From the NCBI GenBank assembly GCA_963796795.1, contig CAWCNA010000013.1, positions 11,571 to 75,570 on the forward strand: 64,000 nt of DNA, in the 5' to 3' direction. A program made the translations under genes and the position numbers. The notes below the pieces were generated by a model that searched no databases, was not told the DNA's origin, and was given only the letters and a program-made list of their open reading frames with translations. The stretch comes from Candidatus Adlerbacteria bacterium. Lineage in GTDB: Bacteria; Patescibacteriota; Minisyncoccia; Phycocordibacterales; SBAW01. Each line of letters starts with the position of its first letter. Position 1 is the first letter of the stretch. Shown here in pieces: positions 9,877 through 19,156 of the stretch.

Positions 9877-12800
9877 TCAATAGAAAGTATCTAGAGAAAG
9901 AGTGGTTGTTGTCGCCGACGACAGGGATTCAGTAATAATGACCGCACCATTACCTCCTGAAGTTGGAGTTGAAAGATCTTGCCTTCCGGAGCCGCCACCG
10001 CCGTAGATATTTCCGGTGGGTGATCCTACACTACCCCCACCGCCTCCTGCCGTTCCAGTACCTCCACCTGCCCCACCAGTACCTCCAGTTGCTCCCCCAG
10101 AACCAGTTCCACCCGTGCCTGTACCCGCGCCACCGCCACCGCCAGAAAAAGCTCCATTTCCAGCACCACCACCGCCGCCGCCGAGAACATTAACATCGCC
10201 ACCTGTTGCACCGCCGCCACCACCACCGCCGGTGCCACCGCCGCCGCCTGTTCCGCCACTTGCTCCACTCGTACCAGTAACGCTACCTGAGCCGCCACCA
10301 CCGGAGCCGCCACCGGAGCTAGAGCCACCAGACCCTCCATCGTTACCGCCGCCGCCGCCATATGTGCCTCCACTTCCCGCACTACCTCCTCCAGATACCC
10401 CTGCAGTTGTTCCACCGCCTCCACCGCCTCCACCGCCGATCCCGCTAGAGCCACCGCCACCGCCGCCCGCAACAACAGGAGTAGCTGCTACGAAAGCCGA
10501 TGAGCCACCGCCAGCAGCATTATAAGTACTACCAGCACCTCCCACTTGATACCCTGTACCTCCAATCACACCATTCGCTCCAGCACCAACGTATACTGCT
10601 ACTGAACTTCCAAGCGCTGTCAGGGCAGCTCCTGAGTAAGTTTTTTTAGCATACCCACCGCCACCGCCACCGCCACCGCCATTACCATTACCACCATCAA
10701 CACCACCACCACCACCACCGCCGTATACTTCAACAACAATTTGAGTAAGATTTGCCGGTGGAACCCATGTGTTACCGCCAACTGTACTGAATGTAACTAC
10801 CACAGTACTTGTCGCTGCATTAGTAGTAACTGGAGAGTAAATACTGAAGGGAGAAACCGAACTGTTAGTGTTGAGTATGGAAAGCACTGACATTGGTGAT
10901 GATGTACCGATGCCGAGGAATCCTTGGTTGGTTACGGTAAGTGCTGACACTGTTGATGTCGCATATCCATCGGTTGATGTACCGATGTAGAGATTCCCTC
11001 CCATGTTTGAGAAGAGCCAGCTCTTGAGATTGGGGCCAGCCGACATATCGAAGAGTGCAAATGTTGGGCGCGTACCGGAGACATCAAAGAGCCAATTTGG
11101 TGTTGTAGTCCCTACCCCGACATTGCCGTTCTGCGCGATAAAGAGTGACGATGTACCTATAGAGCTGTTGGTACCGTTGAAGTACGCAACCTGTCCTTGA
11201 GTACCTTGCAGTGGCGAGAGGCATGCACCGTTAGTATAGAAACATCCACCCGTGAGGCTGATGCCGTCAGCAAACGTTGATGTCGCTGTTGTCGACGTGA
11301 TATTAAGCACGTTCGCCGCAAGGCCCGTGTAGAAGGTGGAGGTCGCCGTGCTGAAGTTCGCAACATTGTTGACCGAGAATATTGTCCCCGGTGTTGTCGT
11401 GCCGATGCCCACATTCCCCGCGAAATATGCGTTCCCCGTTGTTGTCGCGCCGCCGGAGATTGTGAGCCCGGTTGCTTGTCCGCCGGCCCCGGCGGTGGAG
11501 GACGCGAGCGCTAGGAACCCGCCGGACAGTGAAGAGAGGCCGATGACACCGAATGTCGAGGTCGCGGTAATCGCGCCTCCAAAGAATGTGCTACCAGAGA
11601 TGTATCCGTTGCCTTGCACTGAAAAGAGTGTGGAGGGAGATGTCGTACCAACTCCCAAGAATCCTGCTGACGTGAAGGTGGAGGTGGCCGTGCCACCGAA
11701 GTAGCCAACTGTTGCAGAGAGTTGTGTGGTTGAGGCGTTGGCATTGAAAAGCGCAAGACCACTGACATTCAAAGTGTTGGAGAGTGTCGCTGCACCGGAA
11801 ACTGCCAACGTTCCCGTCGCTGTGATGTTTGATGCAGTCAGGGTGCCATTGAAGTAACCGCCGCCCTGTACCGAAAGTGTTTGTGAAGGTGAGGTTGTAC
11901 CGATACCAACGTTACCTGTACCTTCGCCCTGCAAGATGACATTACCCCAGGTATTTTTTCCTGAAGCGTACCCTCCTTCTAGATAAATATTGCCTGCAAC
12001 AATACCCGAGTCTGTGTTGGCGGTATCACCTCCTTGAAAATACACGTCTCCTCCAAGGCTCCCTCCTGAGGGGTTCGAGTTACCAATACCAGCATTAAAA
12101 CTGGTTCGTACGTTCGATGTATCAAGTGCGTGATTACTAGCAGGCCCCACATGCAGGGTGTCTGGTGTCTGGCCATCTCCAGCTGAGGAAGAAACGGTAA
12201 GCAAGCCTCCGATGTTCACATTACTATTTGTAAAATCTATATATGCAGTTCCTCCGGATGTTTTTGCAATTCTGTAATAATTGGTATCAAGTGGCGAAGC
12301 GCCAATACCCAAATCATTTCCCGAATCACTTCGATGAATGGTCAGCAACGCAGTCGGGTTTGTTGTGCCGACACCGACATTACCAGTTGGATCGATATAC
12401 ACTCTATCCGCATTATTTGTCCGCAATAACAATCCATGGTTGCTAGCAGTACCAAAGAAGGCGTTGGATCCGGCATTGTTCAGCGCTCCCATAAATGCTG
12501 TAACAGACCCGGATTGGAATGTCATATAGCCAGCCGTAGAATTACCTACTATGTTGAAGGCATCTCCGTTGCCGACTACTTGAGTGTTTGTGTTGATGCC
12601 AACAAAAGGTGTGCCGAAGGTGCCGTTCCCAGTCGCATAGACCAAATTGGGGTTAGCAGTATTGCCAACATTCAAGAGATTATTATTTACCCCTCCCTCC
12701 ACATCTAACAAATACCCTGGCGTTGTGGTTCCGATGCCGACGCTCCCGCCTGTTGTTGCAAAGTATGCACTTGAAGTTGCAGTGATAGCACCACCAAAGA

Positions 12801-13626
12801 ATGCCGAGCCGCTGGTGTATTCGTTGCCTTGCACCGCGAGCGTTGTTGAGGGCGATGTTGTGCCGATGCCAATGTTGCCGTTGTCGGCGATGGTCATGCG
12901 TTGGAGATTGTTTGTAAAGAAGTTCAGGAAGTTGCCGTCAGTCGCGTTGATGTATGTTGTCTGGGCCGCATTCACCACGCCGCCGAGGCCCTGCCATATG
13001 TTGTTGTCGCCGAAACCTTCAAACTGATGTGTTGTCGTGTTGTAACGGACTTGGCCTGTCAGATCTTCCAACGGGCGCTGGCCTGTTGTACCCACTGGCA
13101 GGTGCAAGGCATCAGTTGCAAAAATATCTACCGACGATGCTGGCGTCGATGTGCCGATGCCGATGCGGCCGCCGGCTGCGACTTCCAAGTAGGAGGCACC
13201 TGTCGAAGATGCAACTCGCAACAAATCGGCTGTCTGGCCCGTCAAACCTTTCAAATCCAACGTTACAACATTGCCGCCGTTTGATGATGCATTTTGGATA
13301 AACAATGGCTGATTGAAGGCAAACGTTTTTGCGGTCGAGTTCCAGCCCAGCAACGCGTTGGGGACTACGTTGCCGCGGAAGAAGATGATGTTTGCATCTT
13401 CGGCATCCGACGATACGTTGTCGGAATTGATCGTAAAGTTTGCCGACTGTGTCCCGCCTATTTGCGTATTGTTGGCGACGATGTTGTTGGCAGTAATGGT
13501 GCCCACGTATGCGTTGTTCCAGAAAAACGATGGTGAACCAAGATTGTACGTAATGTTTCTGATCCGGGACGATGTCGGAGTGGATTGATGAGTTAATAAC
13601 AAGCGTATTTGAGCTGCTGTTACCAA
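9877..13626 (-). CDS. Giant surface protein paralog B, middle segment (includes Gly-rich domain)
   Basis: 1249-aa ORF. Its N-part 'YNLGSPSFFWNNAYVGTITANNIVANNTQIGGTQS...' aligns to residues ~560-900 of the intact 3594-aa paralog. It has long Gly runs ('YGGGGGGGVDGGNGNGGGGGGGGG'). Confidence 0.7.
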   Translation of the reverse strand: MVTAAQIRLLLTHQSTPTSSRIRNITYNLGSPSFFWNNAYVGTITANNIVANNTQIGGTQSANFTINSDNVSSDAEDANIIFFRGNVVPNALLGWNSTAKTFAFNQPLFIQNASSNGGNVVTLDLKGLTGQTADLLRVASSTGASYLEVAAGGRIGIGTSTPASSVDIFATDALHLPVGTTGQRPLEDLTGQVRYNTTTHQFEGFGDNNIWQGLGGVVNAAQTTYINATDGNFLNFFTNNLQRMTIADNGNIGIGTTSPSTTLAVQGNEYTSGSAFFGGAITATSSAYFATTGGSVGIGTTTPGYLLDVEGGVNNNLLNVGNTANPNLVYATGNGTFGTPFVGINTNTQVVGNGDAFNIVGNSTAGYMTFQSGSVTAFMGALNNAGSNAFFGTASNHGLLLRTNNADRVYIDPTGNVGVGTTNPTALLTIHRSDSGNDLGIGASPLDTNYYRIAKTSGGTAYIDFTNSNVNIGGLLTVSSSAGDGQTPDTLHVGPASNHALDTSNVRTSFNAGIGNSNPSGGSLGGDVYFQGGDTANTDSGIVAGNIYLEGGYASGKNTWGNVILQGEGTGNVGIGTTSPSQTLSVQGGGYFNGTLTASNITATGTLAVSGAATLSNTLNVSGLALFNANASTTQLSATVGYFGGTATSTFTSAGFLGVGTTSPSTLFSVQGNGYISGSTFFGGAITATSTFGVIGLSSLSGGFLALASSTAGAGGQATGLTISGGATTTGNAYFAGNVGIGTTTPGTIFSVNNVANFSTATSTFYTGLAANVLNITSTTATSTFADGISLTGGCFYTNGACLSPLQGTQGQVAYFNGTNSSIGTSSLFIAQNGNVGVGTTTPNWLFDVSGTRPTFALFDMSAGPNLKSWLFSNMGGNLYIGTSTDGYATSTVSALTVTNQGFLGIGTSSPMSVLSILNTNSSVSPFSIYSPVTTNAATSTVVVTFSTVGGNTWVPPANLTQIVVEVYGGGGGGGVDGGNGNGGGGGGGGGYAKKTYSGAALTALGSSVAVYVGAGANGVIGGTGYQVGGAGSTYNAAGGGSSAFVAATPVVAGGGGGGSSGIGGGGGGGGGTTAGVSGGGSAGSGGTYGGGGGNDGGSGGSSSGGGSGGGGSGSVTGTSGASGGTGGGGGTGGGGGGGATGGDVNVLGGGGGGAGNGAFSGGGGGAGTGTGGTGSGGATGGTGGAGGGTGTAGGGGGSVGSPTGNIYGGGGSGRQDLSTPTSGGNGAVIITESLSSATTTTLSLDTFY

Positions 13627-14587
13627 GCGTTGTCGAGTTCCCTGCTACAAACAGGTTGCCGCCGATGTAGGCGTCACTTGCTGTCTGGAGCACACCCGGG
13701 GCAGATGTTGCGACACCAACGCCCAAACCAACCGCAAAGTAACCACTGCCTGTCGTGCTTGCATTGCCGTTAACGATACTGTCGCCATGTGTATTGAAAC
13801 TGCCCACGTTCAATGCTCCGCTTATGGATGCATTGGTTGCAAATAAATTTGTCGTTGACGCCACCTGCGCAAAGAAGTTTGTCGTTGTTGCGTTGGAAAG
13901 AAGTGTATTGCCCGAGACTGAAAGTGTTCCGAGTGTTGTGGTTGCGGCGTTAAACGTGCCTCCAACGTTCGTGTTGCCTAGGACATCAAGGCTGCCAACG
14001 CTCCCATATGTTGCAAAAATGTTATCAGCCTTCGTATCACCGTTAAGTGTTGTGTTTGAAAGGTTATTTATAAGCTCAGGAAGAACAAAGTTCTGCAACG
14101 GGCTTTCGCGGCCGGGGTTTTCAAGGTTCGAAATCTGGATGGCAAACTTGTTGGAAAGGTCCCCGAGGCGCGCTGTGAGTTCGTCTTCAGAGATTCCACC
14201 AGACCCTACAGCCTGTTGCACAACCGTACGTTCAATGACCGGATAATTATTTACGATGGTAGGCGGTGGAGTCACAACGGGAACCGTTGGTACCGAAGCA
14301 GAACTGTTTCTGAGGAGAAGTCTGGCCGACCGAAGGGAGGAGATCCGAGGACTTCTCTGAAGAATTGTTCTGTGGAGGTACATCAGCAACTTTTGAAGTA
14401 TGTCCAAACAACGTTGCGAATATTCCTGACAAAAAGTTTGAAGTGCCTGTGACAGCTGGTGCGGTTGTGCCGAAGAAAGGTGTTTCAGCTGCAGAGACCG
14501 CAGCAAATGATGGTCCGCCAGCTGGCGGATTTGTATTAGGTACAAGCGTCGAAGCAAACACAAGCGAGCCGAGCAGCAGGATCGCAC
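13112..14587 (-). CDS. Giant surface protein paralog B, segment (real frame only about 13620-14320)
   Basis: 'SEDELTARLGDLSNKFAIQISNLENPGRESPLQNFVLPELINNLSN...' matches 'TEDELTTRLADLQNKFAVQISNLENPGRESPLENFALPELINNLSN' of the intact paralog. The ORF's own N- and C-terminal parts are out-of-frame junk. It is joined to the flanking ORFs by frameshifts. Confidence 0.55.
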   Translation of the reverse strand: MRSCCSARLCLLRRLYLIQIRQLADHHLLRSLQLKHLSSAQPHQLSQALQTFCQEYSQRCLDILQKLLMYLHRTILQRSPRISSLRSARLLLRNSSASVPTVPVVTPPPTIVNNYPVIERTVVQQAVGSGGISEDELTARLGDLSNKFAIQISNLENPGRESPLQNFVLPELINNLSNTTLNGDTKADNIFATYGSVGSLDVLGNTNVGGTFNAATTTLGTLSVSGNTLLSNATTTNFFAQVASTTNLFATNASISGALNVGSFNTHGDSIVNGNASTTGSGYFAVGLGVGVATSAPGVLQTASDAYIGGNLFVAGNSTTLGNSSSNTLVINSSIHSDIVPDQKHYVQSWFTIVFLEQRIRGHHYCQQHRRQQYANRRDTVGKLYDQFRQRIVGCRRCKHHLLPRQRSPQRVAGLELDRKNVCLQSAIVYPKCIIKRRQCCNVGFERFDGPDSRFVASCIFDRCLLLGSRSRRPHRHRHIDASIVGRYFCN

Positions 14588-14912
14588 CTGCCACCAGTCC
14601 TATAGGCGCACCGACAGAGACCTCCTTCGCGCGCAAAAAAATATTCTGCAAGGCAGTTTGCTGCTCACGCACGTTTTCGCGATATTCACTCGAAAGAGAT
14701 TTTGAAAGTTCAAGTCTGCGCGCCTCGCGCTCTGTTGCTTTTTGCTCAAGGTATGAAGAAAGCGATGTTGGGTCGACATACCACACGCCATCAACAAGTT
14801 TTCCTTGCACTGCCTGTCTGCGACAAAGCAACGCAACGTAGTCGTTGGTCTTTTTAAAATCGCGGGCTGCCGCGACAGAAGAAATATATGTTTTTGGAAT
14901 TTTCTCGCTCAT
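14247..14912 (-). CDS. Giant surface protein paralog B, N-terminal segment (cytoplasmic HTH-like domain plus TM anchor)
   Basis: Start placed at 'MSEKIPKTYISS' by analogy with 'MSPQKKIFS' of paralog A. 'DYVALLCRRQAVQGKLVDGVWYVDPTSL' is followed by TM 'VGAPIGLVAGAILLLGSLVFASTL' and 'TPFFGTTAPAV...NFLSGIFATLFG', all conserved with paralog A. The upstream part of ORF 14247..15089 looks non-coding. Confidence 0.65.
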   Translation of the reverse strand: MSEKIPKTYISSVAAARDFKKTNDYVALLCRRQAVQGKLVDGVWYVDPTSLSSYLEQKATEREARRLELSKSLSSEYRENVREQQTALQNIFLRAKEVSVGAPIGLVAGAILLLGSLVFASTLVPNTNPPAGGPSFAAVSAAETPFFGTTAPAVTGTSNFLSGIFATLFGHTSKVADVPPQNNSSEKSSDLLPSVGQTSPQKQFCFGTNGSRCDSTAYHRK

Positions 14913-15300
14913 CGTTTTTACAACGAGTTGAGAAGCGAACTGTCCAAGTGCTGTATGGTCGTATCGCCGGTTTGTGCGTACCTCGGCGAAGTAACCAAAT
15001 AAAGAAAGGGCAGTCCGCCAATCGACGGATGCCCTGTTGCTATAAAGTATATCCTTGTACCTGTTTTTAATGCATATACATATATGCACTCATATGGGGA
15101 TAAGAAATTTTAATGGAGGTCGGTCCTCCGCAAATTTGAAAAAATTGTATCAATCTTGAAACCCTAAAGCTATAGTTGACACACATCTCCAATAGATGCT
15201 GAATGTGTAAAAACACTATTTTCCGCGCATTACTTCTATCCGAGATTTGTTATATATCAACATATCTCGGATAAACAGATACAGAGGACCGACCTCGGTA
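14913..15300. promoter_or_regulatory. Upstream region of paralog B with a cluster of inverted repeats
   Basis: Hairpin GGAGG-tcggt-CCTCC at 15115..15129. A perfect 9-bp inverted repeat ATCCGAGAT/ATCTCGGAT at 15238..15272 with a 17-nt AT loop. GAGG-accga-CCTC at 15284..15296, which is the near reverse complement of the 15115 element. Palindrome TGCATAT.c.ATATGCA at 15071..15089. Confidence 0.4.
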
Positions 15301-17001
15301 TTATTGCTGGGTGCTGGTTGCGGCACCTGCCTGCGCAGGCAGGGACACTATAATAGTGCGGGTTGCAGTGCCTGTGTTCCCTGCCCCGTCGGTCGCACTA
15401 AAGAGGATGATATGGGTGCCTGGGGTGCTTGTATCGAGAGTAAATTGGGCTGGAGACGTGCTTGTCGCCCCGTCCAGAGACATGCTGTAGCCGATGTTTG
15501 GGCTTGATGTGCTGGTTACAGTAACGCCCGGATCTATATATGTATCACCAACATTGAGCTGTGCTGGATCGGCACCGATGAGAGTTATTGTCGGTGGAGT
15601 TGATGTGGCGGAACCCGAGGAGTCACCTCCTCCGGAGGAAACACCTCCGGTTCCTTGAGGTGTCGAAGTAGCAGTCCCGTTCAACAAATTATTAAGTTGT
15701 GTGCGCGTGACACATGTCTTGCCTGTTGCATCTGTGATGCAGAGTTGGTCGGTATCAACTTCTTTTGCAAATACTTTATCGAATACGCCGACGCTCGCGT
15801 ATATTGCCTTGCCCATCACTTCTACAACTTCGTTACCTATACTTTGTAGTACGGTTTTCAATCCATCACTTGCATTAGCAAATACTCCGGCCCATTCAGG
15901 AGTTGAGGTTGCGTTTGTCGAGGTAGCAGTCGTTAACTCAACAACAGAAGTCGTGCCGAGCAAGTTAAATGTATTTTGATTTATATTTGATGCCAAAATT
16001 TGGCCCGTGAGATTCAAGTTGCCATCTTCATCCAGCACTGCAATATTCTTGCCCAACTGGTTTTTAAATGTCAGCCCTTGTGGAGTATCAGGAGATTCTG
16101 CAATTCTGAAGTTGTTTGCAAACACTGCGTCACCAAAGAACTGGTCGCCTGTTGCGTTGTTATTAGAATTGAGGAGCATTGACGACGATGTAAGGGCGAG
16201 ACCAACCTGATACGCGGAGGTCGATGTGGAGAGTCCACCTGCTGGACTCCAGAAATACGTGTTCCCTGCTGTCAGCCCTGACAACCCTCCGACAATGCCA
16301 GTTGATGCAACTGTCACTGTGCCATTTGCACTTGCTGCATTTGTTGCCATACCAAGGACGGTAGGATTTGTAACAACACCAACAGACGCGTTTGGATAAT
16401 TATTGCCGTCGACAAACCCATAGACATAGTGTGTCGAGTCGAGATCTGCAATTGTTATGTAATTGTAATTACTAAGGGTGCTCGAAATAATATAAGAATT
16501 GTTCGGTGTGATGGTCGTGCCGGAGACCGTGGACGCCGAAGCTCGAACTTGTTTTAGCGATGGATCTAAGTACCCGACAATAAAGTTGGTGGAACTTAAC
16601 ACTGAAAGTGAAACGTAGGAGCCTGCGTTAATGTCGCTAGAAGTAGTGGTATTACCGGCAATTGTGGAAGGGCTTCCGCAGGAAACAGAAGTTCCCGAAA
16701 TTGTGCAGGCTGTTGCCCTAACTGCATATGGTATAGGAGGAGGACTGACATTGCTGTACGCCTGCAGATAGGCGACAACCAAAGCACTCGAAGAGAGAGA
16801 TGAAATAGAGAAGTAAGCCGGGGCATACCCGCCGCCACCGGCGTTCGTGGGAGTACCGCATGTAGGGGTAGTCCCCGAGACCGTACATGCAACGACTTTT
16901 GCTTGGTTGAGGGTGCCATCCCCGAAGGTCTCAGCGAAGCTCGATGAAGAGAGAGCCGTAACGGCAACGTTAGCGTCGGTGTTCTGAATTCGCGTCGACA
17001 T
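15301..17001 (-). CDS. Giant surface protein, 3'-most segment of the gene A array (FFGDAVFANNFRI domain and DUF5011-like C-terminus)
   Basis: 566-aa ORF ending 'TPPTITLIGADPAQLNVGDTYIDPGVTV...GTATRTIIV'. It continues ORF 16970..19156 across an apparent frameshift at ~16970-17001. Confidence 0.65.
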   Translation of the reverse strand: MSTRIQNTDANVAVTALSSSSFAETFGDGTLNQAKVVACTVSGTTPTCGTPTNAGGGGYAPAYFSISSLSSSALVVAYLQAYSNVSPPPIPYAVRATACTISGTSVSCGSPSTIAGNTTTSSDINAGSYVSLSVLSSTNFIVGYLDPSLKQVRASASTVSGTTITPNNSYIISSTLSNYNYITIADLDSTHYVYGFVDGNNYPNASVGVVTNPTVLGMATNAASANGTVTVASTGIVGGLSGLTAGNTYFWSPAGGLSTSTSAYQVGLALTSSSMLLNSNNNATGDQFFGDAVFANNFRIAESPDTPQGLTFKNQLGKNIAVLDEDGNLNLTGQILASNINQNTFNLLGTTSVVELTTATSTNATSTPEWAGVFANASDGLKTVLQSIGNEVVEVMGKAIYASVGVFDKVFAKEVDTDQLCITDATGKTCVTRTQLNNLLNGTATSTPQGTGGVSSGGGDSSGSATSTPPTITLIGADPAQLNVGDTYIDPGVTVTSTSSPNIGYSMSLDGATSTSPAQFTLDTSTPGTHIILFSATDGAGNTGTATRTIIVSLPAQAGAATSTQQ

Positions 17002-19156
17002 TTACCGTGCTACCCGCGGTAATCGTGGTGCCCGAGAGGGTACCCACCGTGGCATACGTACTATTAATCCCACCTGGGGTGTATCCGACAACAAACTTTG
17101 TGGCACTGAGCGCGGCCACAGAAACAATATCCTGTCCTGAAGATACCGTGCCCCCCATGCTTTGAGCGCTCCCGCACGTCGGAGTAGTCCCAGATATGGT
17201 GCACGCGAGGCTCGAGACCGTACCGCTTCCGCTGGCAGTATTGTTGTATGCAACTACGAAGCTCGTAGAGGATAGTGCTGCGAGAGAAACATCGGAGGAA
17301 GCGGAGGAGAGAAGAACTGTGGGAGTGCCGCAGACTACACTATTTGCCAATACATTACATACGGCCGCAGTAAGGAAATTAGAATTATTACTATCTCTGT
17401 ATGCCTCAACAAAACTTGTTGCAGAGAGCGCTGTCGCAGATGTGTATGCTGCGGATGCCGAATATGACAAGACGGTCGAAGAACCGACACCAGTGACCGT
17501 TCCGCCCGCGAGCGCATCATCTTTCCGAACTTTCCCATTAATGTACGCAACGATGTCACCAACATTAATCTGTGAACTCCCCGAATCCACCGTGTAATCC
17601 GCAGTCAAATTCTTGAGCTTGGCAGTCAACGCACCACTTGCATCAACCCTCAATACATTCGCACCAGTTGATGATGCGATGGCGAAGATATCACCAGAGC
17701 CAGGCGTGCCCTGAATGGAAAGTGCTGCAAGAGGTGAACTTGTCCCAACCCCAAAGAGCCCTGCCGCCGTGAGTGTGAGAGTAGAAGTTCCGACAGCATT
17801 GTTAGTACCAGAGAAGTATGTGAGTTGGCCCGTTGAGCCAATTGGGTTTGTGAGGCAGACGTTGTTGTAGAGCAAGCATCCGCCATTGAGTTGGATACCA
17901 TTCGCAAACGTCGATGTTGCAGTACCCGTAACATTGAGTGCAAATGCTTGCAGCCCTCCGGCGAACGTACTCGTCGAAAGATTCGTAACAATGAGATTCG
18001 TGAGAGTCGAAGTACCTGCACTGAGTGTACCTGCACCAACAATGTTGCCGAGGGAATCGATGGTGGTGGTAGCAGTTGCACCGAAGTAGGCTTTTTGAAC
18101 AACCGCAAACTGTGAAGTAGATGCAGTAGCGAAGTTAAAGGCACCGCCGACAGAGAAGCCTCCTGCGATGGTGAGCTGGCCACTGTTGCTGACACTAAAC
18201 ACCGACGCATAGCTTTGTGTACCTGTAGGTGAGCGCTTGAGCGAGAACGCATCACTCTGTCCACCAAGCTGGAAGTCCCATGCAGGGTAGGAGTTGTTGA
18301 TGAGTGAGCCAGTACCGGTGTCGTTTGAGGCAATGTTTAAGTCACCTGTGTTGGACGGTATATAGAAGGAGTATGGAATGGCAGCATTACCGTTTGCACC
18401 AGAGAGGTTCGCTAAGGTGAGGAGTGATGAATTACCAGAGGCATAGTTCCCTTCTACATCAAGTTTAGCCTTCGGTGCAGTAGTAGATGCAATACCAAGG
18501 CCAAGAGAACCACTGGTATTAAGGAAGATGTTGTTACTCCCCCAGTTGTTGGTGTTGAGTGCGGTGTTTAAGCTCACCGGTACCGTACAGGTGCCACTCT
18601 GGCCTGCCGTACATGCACCACCTGTGGACTTTACATACAAGAGGTCGAAGTCGCCTGCGTTGATTGGTGCACCCGAGACTGCAGAGTTTGTTTCAGCGAA
18701 GCCAAGGTCTCCCGCAATGACCTTGTTTGCATATATAGCAGAGAGGCGGTCGGTGGAGGAGCCGATTGCGAAGAGGTTGTCGCTGGTTGGGAAGATGTTG
18801 CCTGCGAGCGTACCTCCTGCAAGCAGTGTTCCATTTGAACTTGCAGATATGATTGAGGAAAGTGCTGATGCAAGTTGTGTATTTGTGATGTAGGTGCTGA
18901 GGGTACTGGTGGAGACAAACTGCGTGAAGTCAGGCAAGTCACTAAAGAGTGATGATGTTGAAACAAGGCCGGAGATATCTCCGAGTGTTGCGTAGTTGGA
19001 AAGGTCTGGAGTGGTTGAAGTTGGAAGTGCGGCGAGGGCAGAGGCAAGTGTTGAACTAGAGACAAGGCCTGAGATATCAGAAAAGGGTTGCGTAGCCTGA
19101 AAGATCCGGAGCAGTAAACACTGGTGTCGAGGTAGGTGCAATCTGGCTCCAGTCAC
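16970..19156 (-). CDS. Giant surface protein, tandem unit 1 ('LYVKSTGGACTAGQSGTC...FSLKRS' cassette and DSTHFVVAY-type repeats)
   Basis: 728-aa ORF. Its N-part 'FSDLPDFTQFVSTSTLSTYITNTQLASALSSI...' repeats the module that is read in frame inside ORF 22678..33462. Confidence 0.65.
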   Translation of the reverse strand: MTGARLHLPRHQCLLLRIFQATQPFSDISGLVSSSTLASALAALPTSTTPDLSNYATLGDISGLVSTSSLFSDLPDFTQFVSTSTLSTYITNTQLASALSSIISASSNGTLLAGGTLAGNIFPTSDNLFAIGSSTDRLSAIYANKVIAGDLGFAETNSAVSGAPINAGDFDLLYVKSTGGACTAGQSGTCTVPVSLNTALNTNNWGSNNIFLNTSGSLGLGIASTTAPKAKLDVEGNYASGNSSLLTLANLSGANGNAAIPYSFYIPSNTGDLNIASNDTGTGSLINNSYPAWDFQLGGQSDAFSLKRSPTGTQSYASVFSVSNSGQLTIAGGFSVGGAFNFATASTSQFAVVQKAYFGATATTTIDSLGNIVGAGTLSAGTSTLTNLIVTNLSTSTFAGGLQAFALNVTGTATSTFANGIQLNGGCLLYNNVCLTNPIGSTGQLTYFSGTNNAVGTSTLTLTAAGLFGVGTSSPLAALSIQGTPGSGDIFAIASSTGANVLRVDASGALTAKLKNLTADYTVDSGSSQINVGDIVAYINGKVRKDDALAGGTVTGVGSSTVLSYSASAAYTSATALSATSFVEAYRDSNNSNFLTAAVCNVLANSVVCGTPTVLLSSASSDVSLAALSSTSFVVAYNNTASGSGTVSSLACTISGTTPTCGSAQSMGGTVSSGQDIVSVAALSATKFVVGYTPGGINSTYATVGTLSGTTITAGSTVNVDANSEHRR

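Noticed and set aside
10016-10525. 169-aa poly-proline ORF on the plus strand, and similar Pro-rich plus-strand ORFs at 26588, 27242, 28379 and 28841
   Set aside because: They are exact antisense of the Gly-rich (GGN codon) domains of the minus-strand giant genes. They have no start context and their periodicity is inherited from the sense strand.
15261-15270. 10-mer CATATCTCGG shared between the two giant-gene upstream regions (also at 33774..33783)
   Set aside because: The expected number of chance 10-mer matches between two ~400-bp regions on both strands is about 0.3, so the match is not significant by itself.
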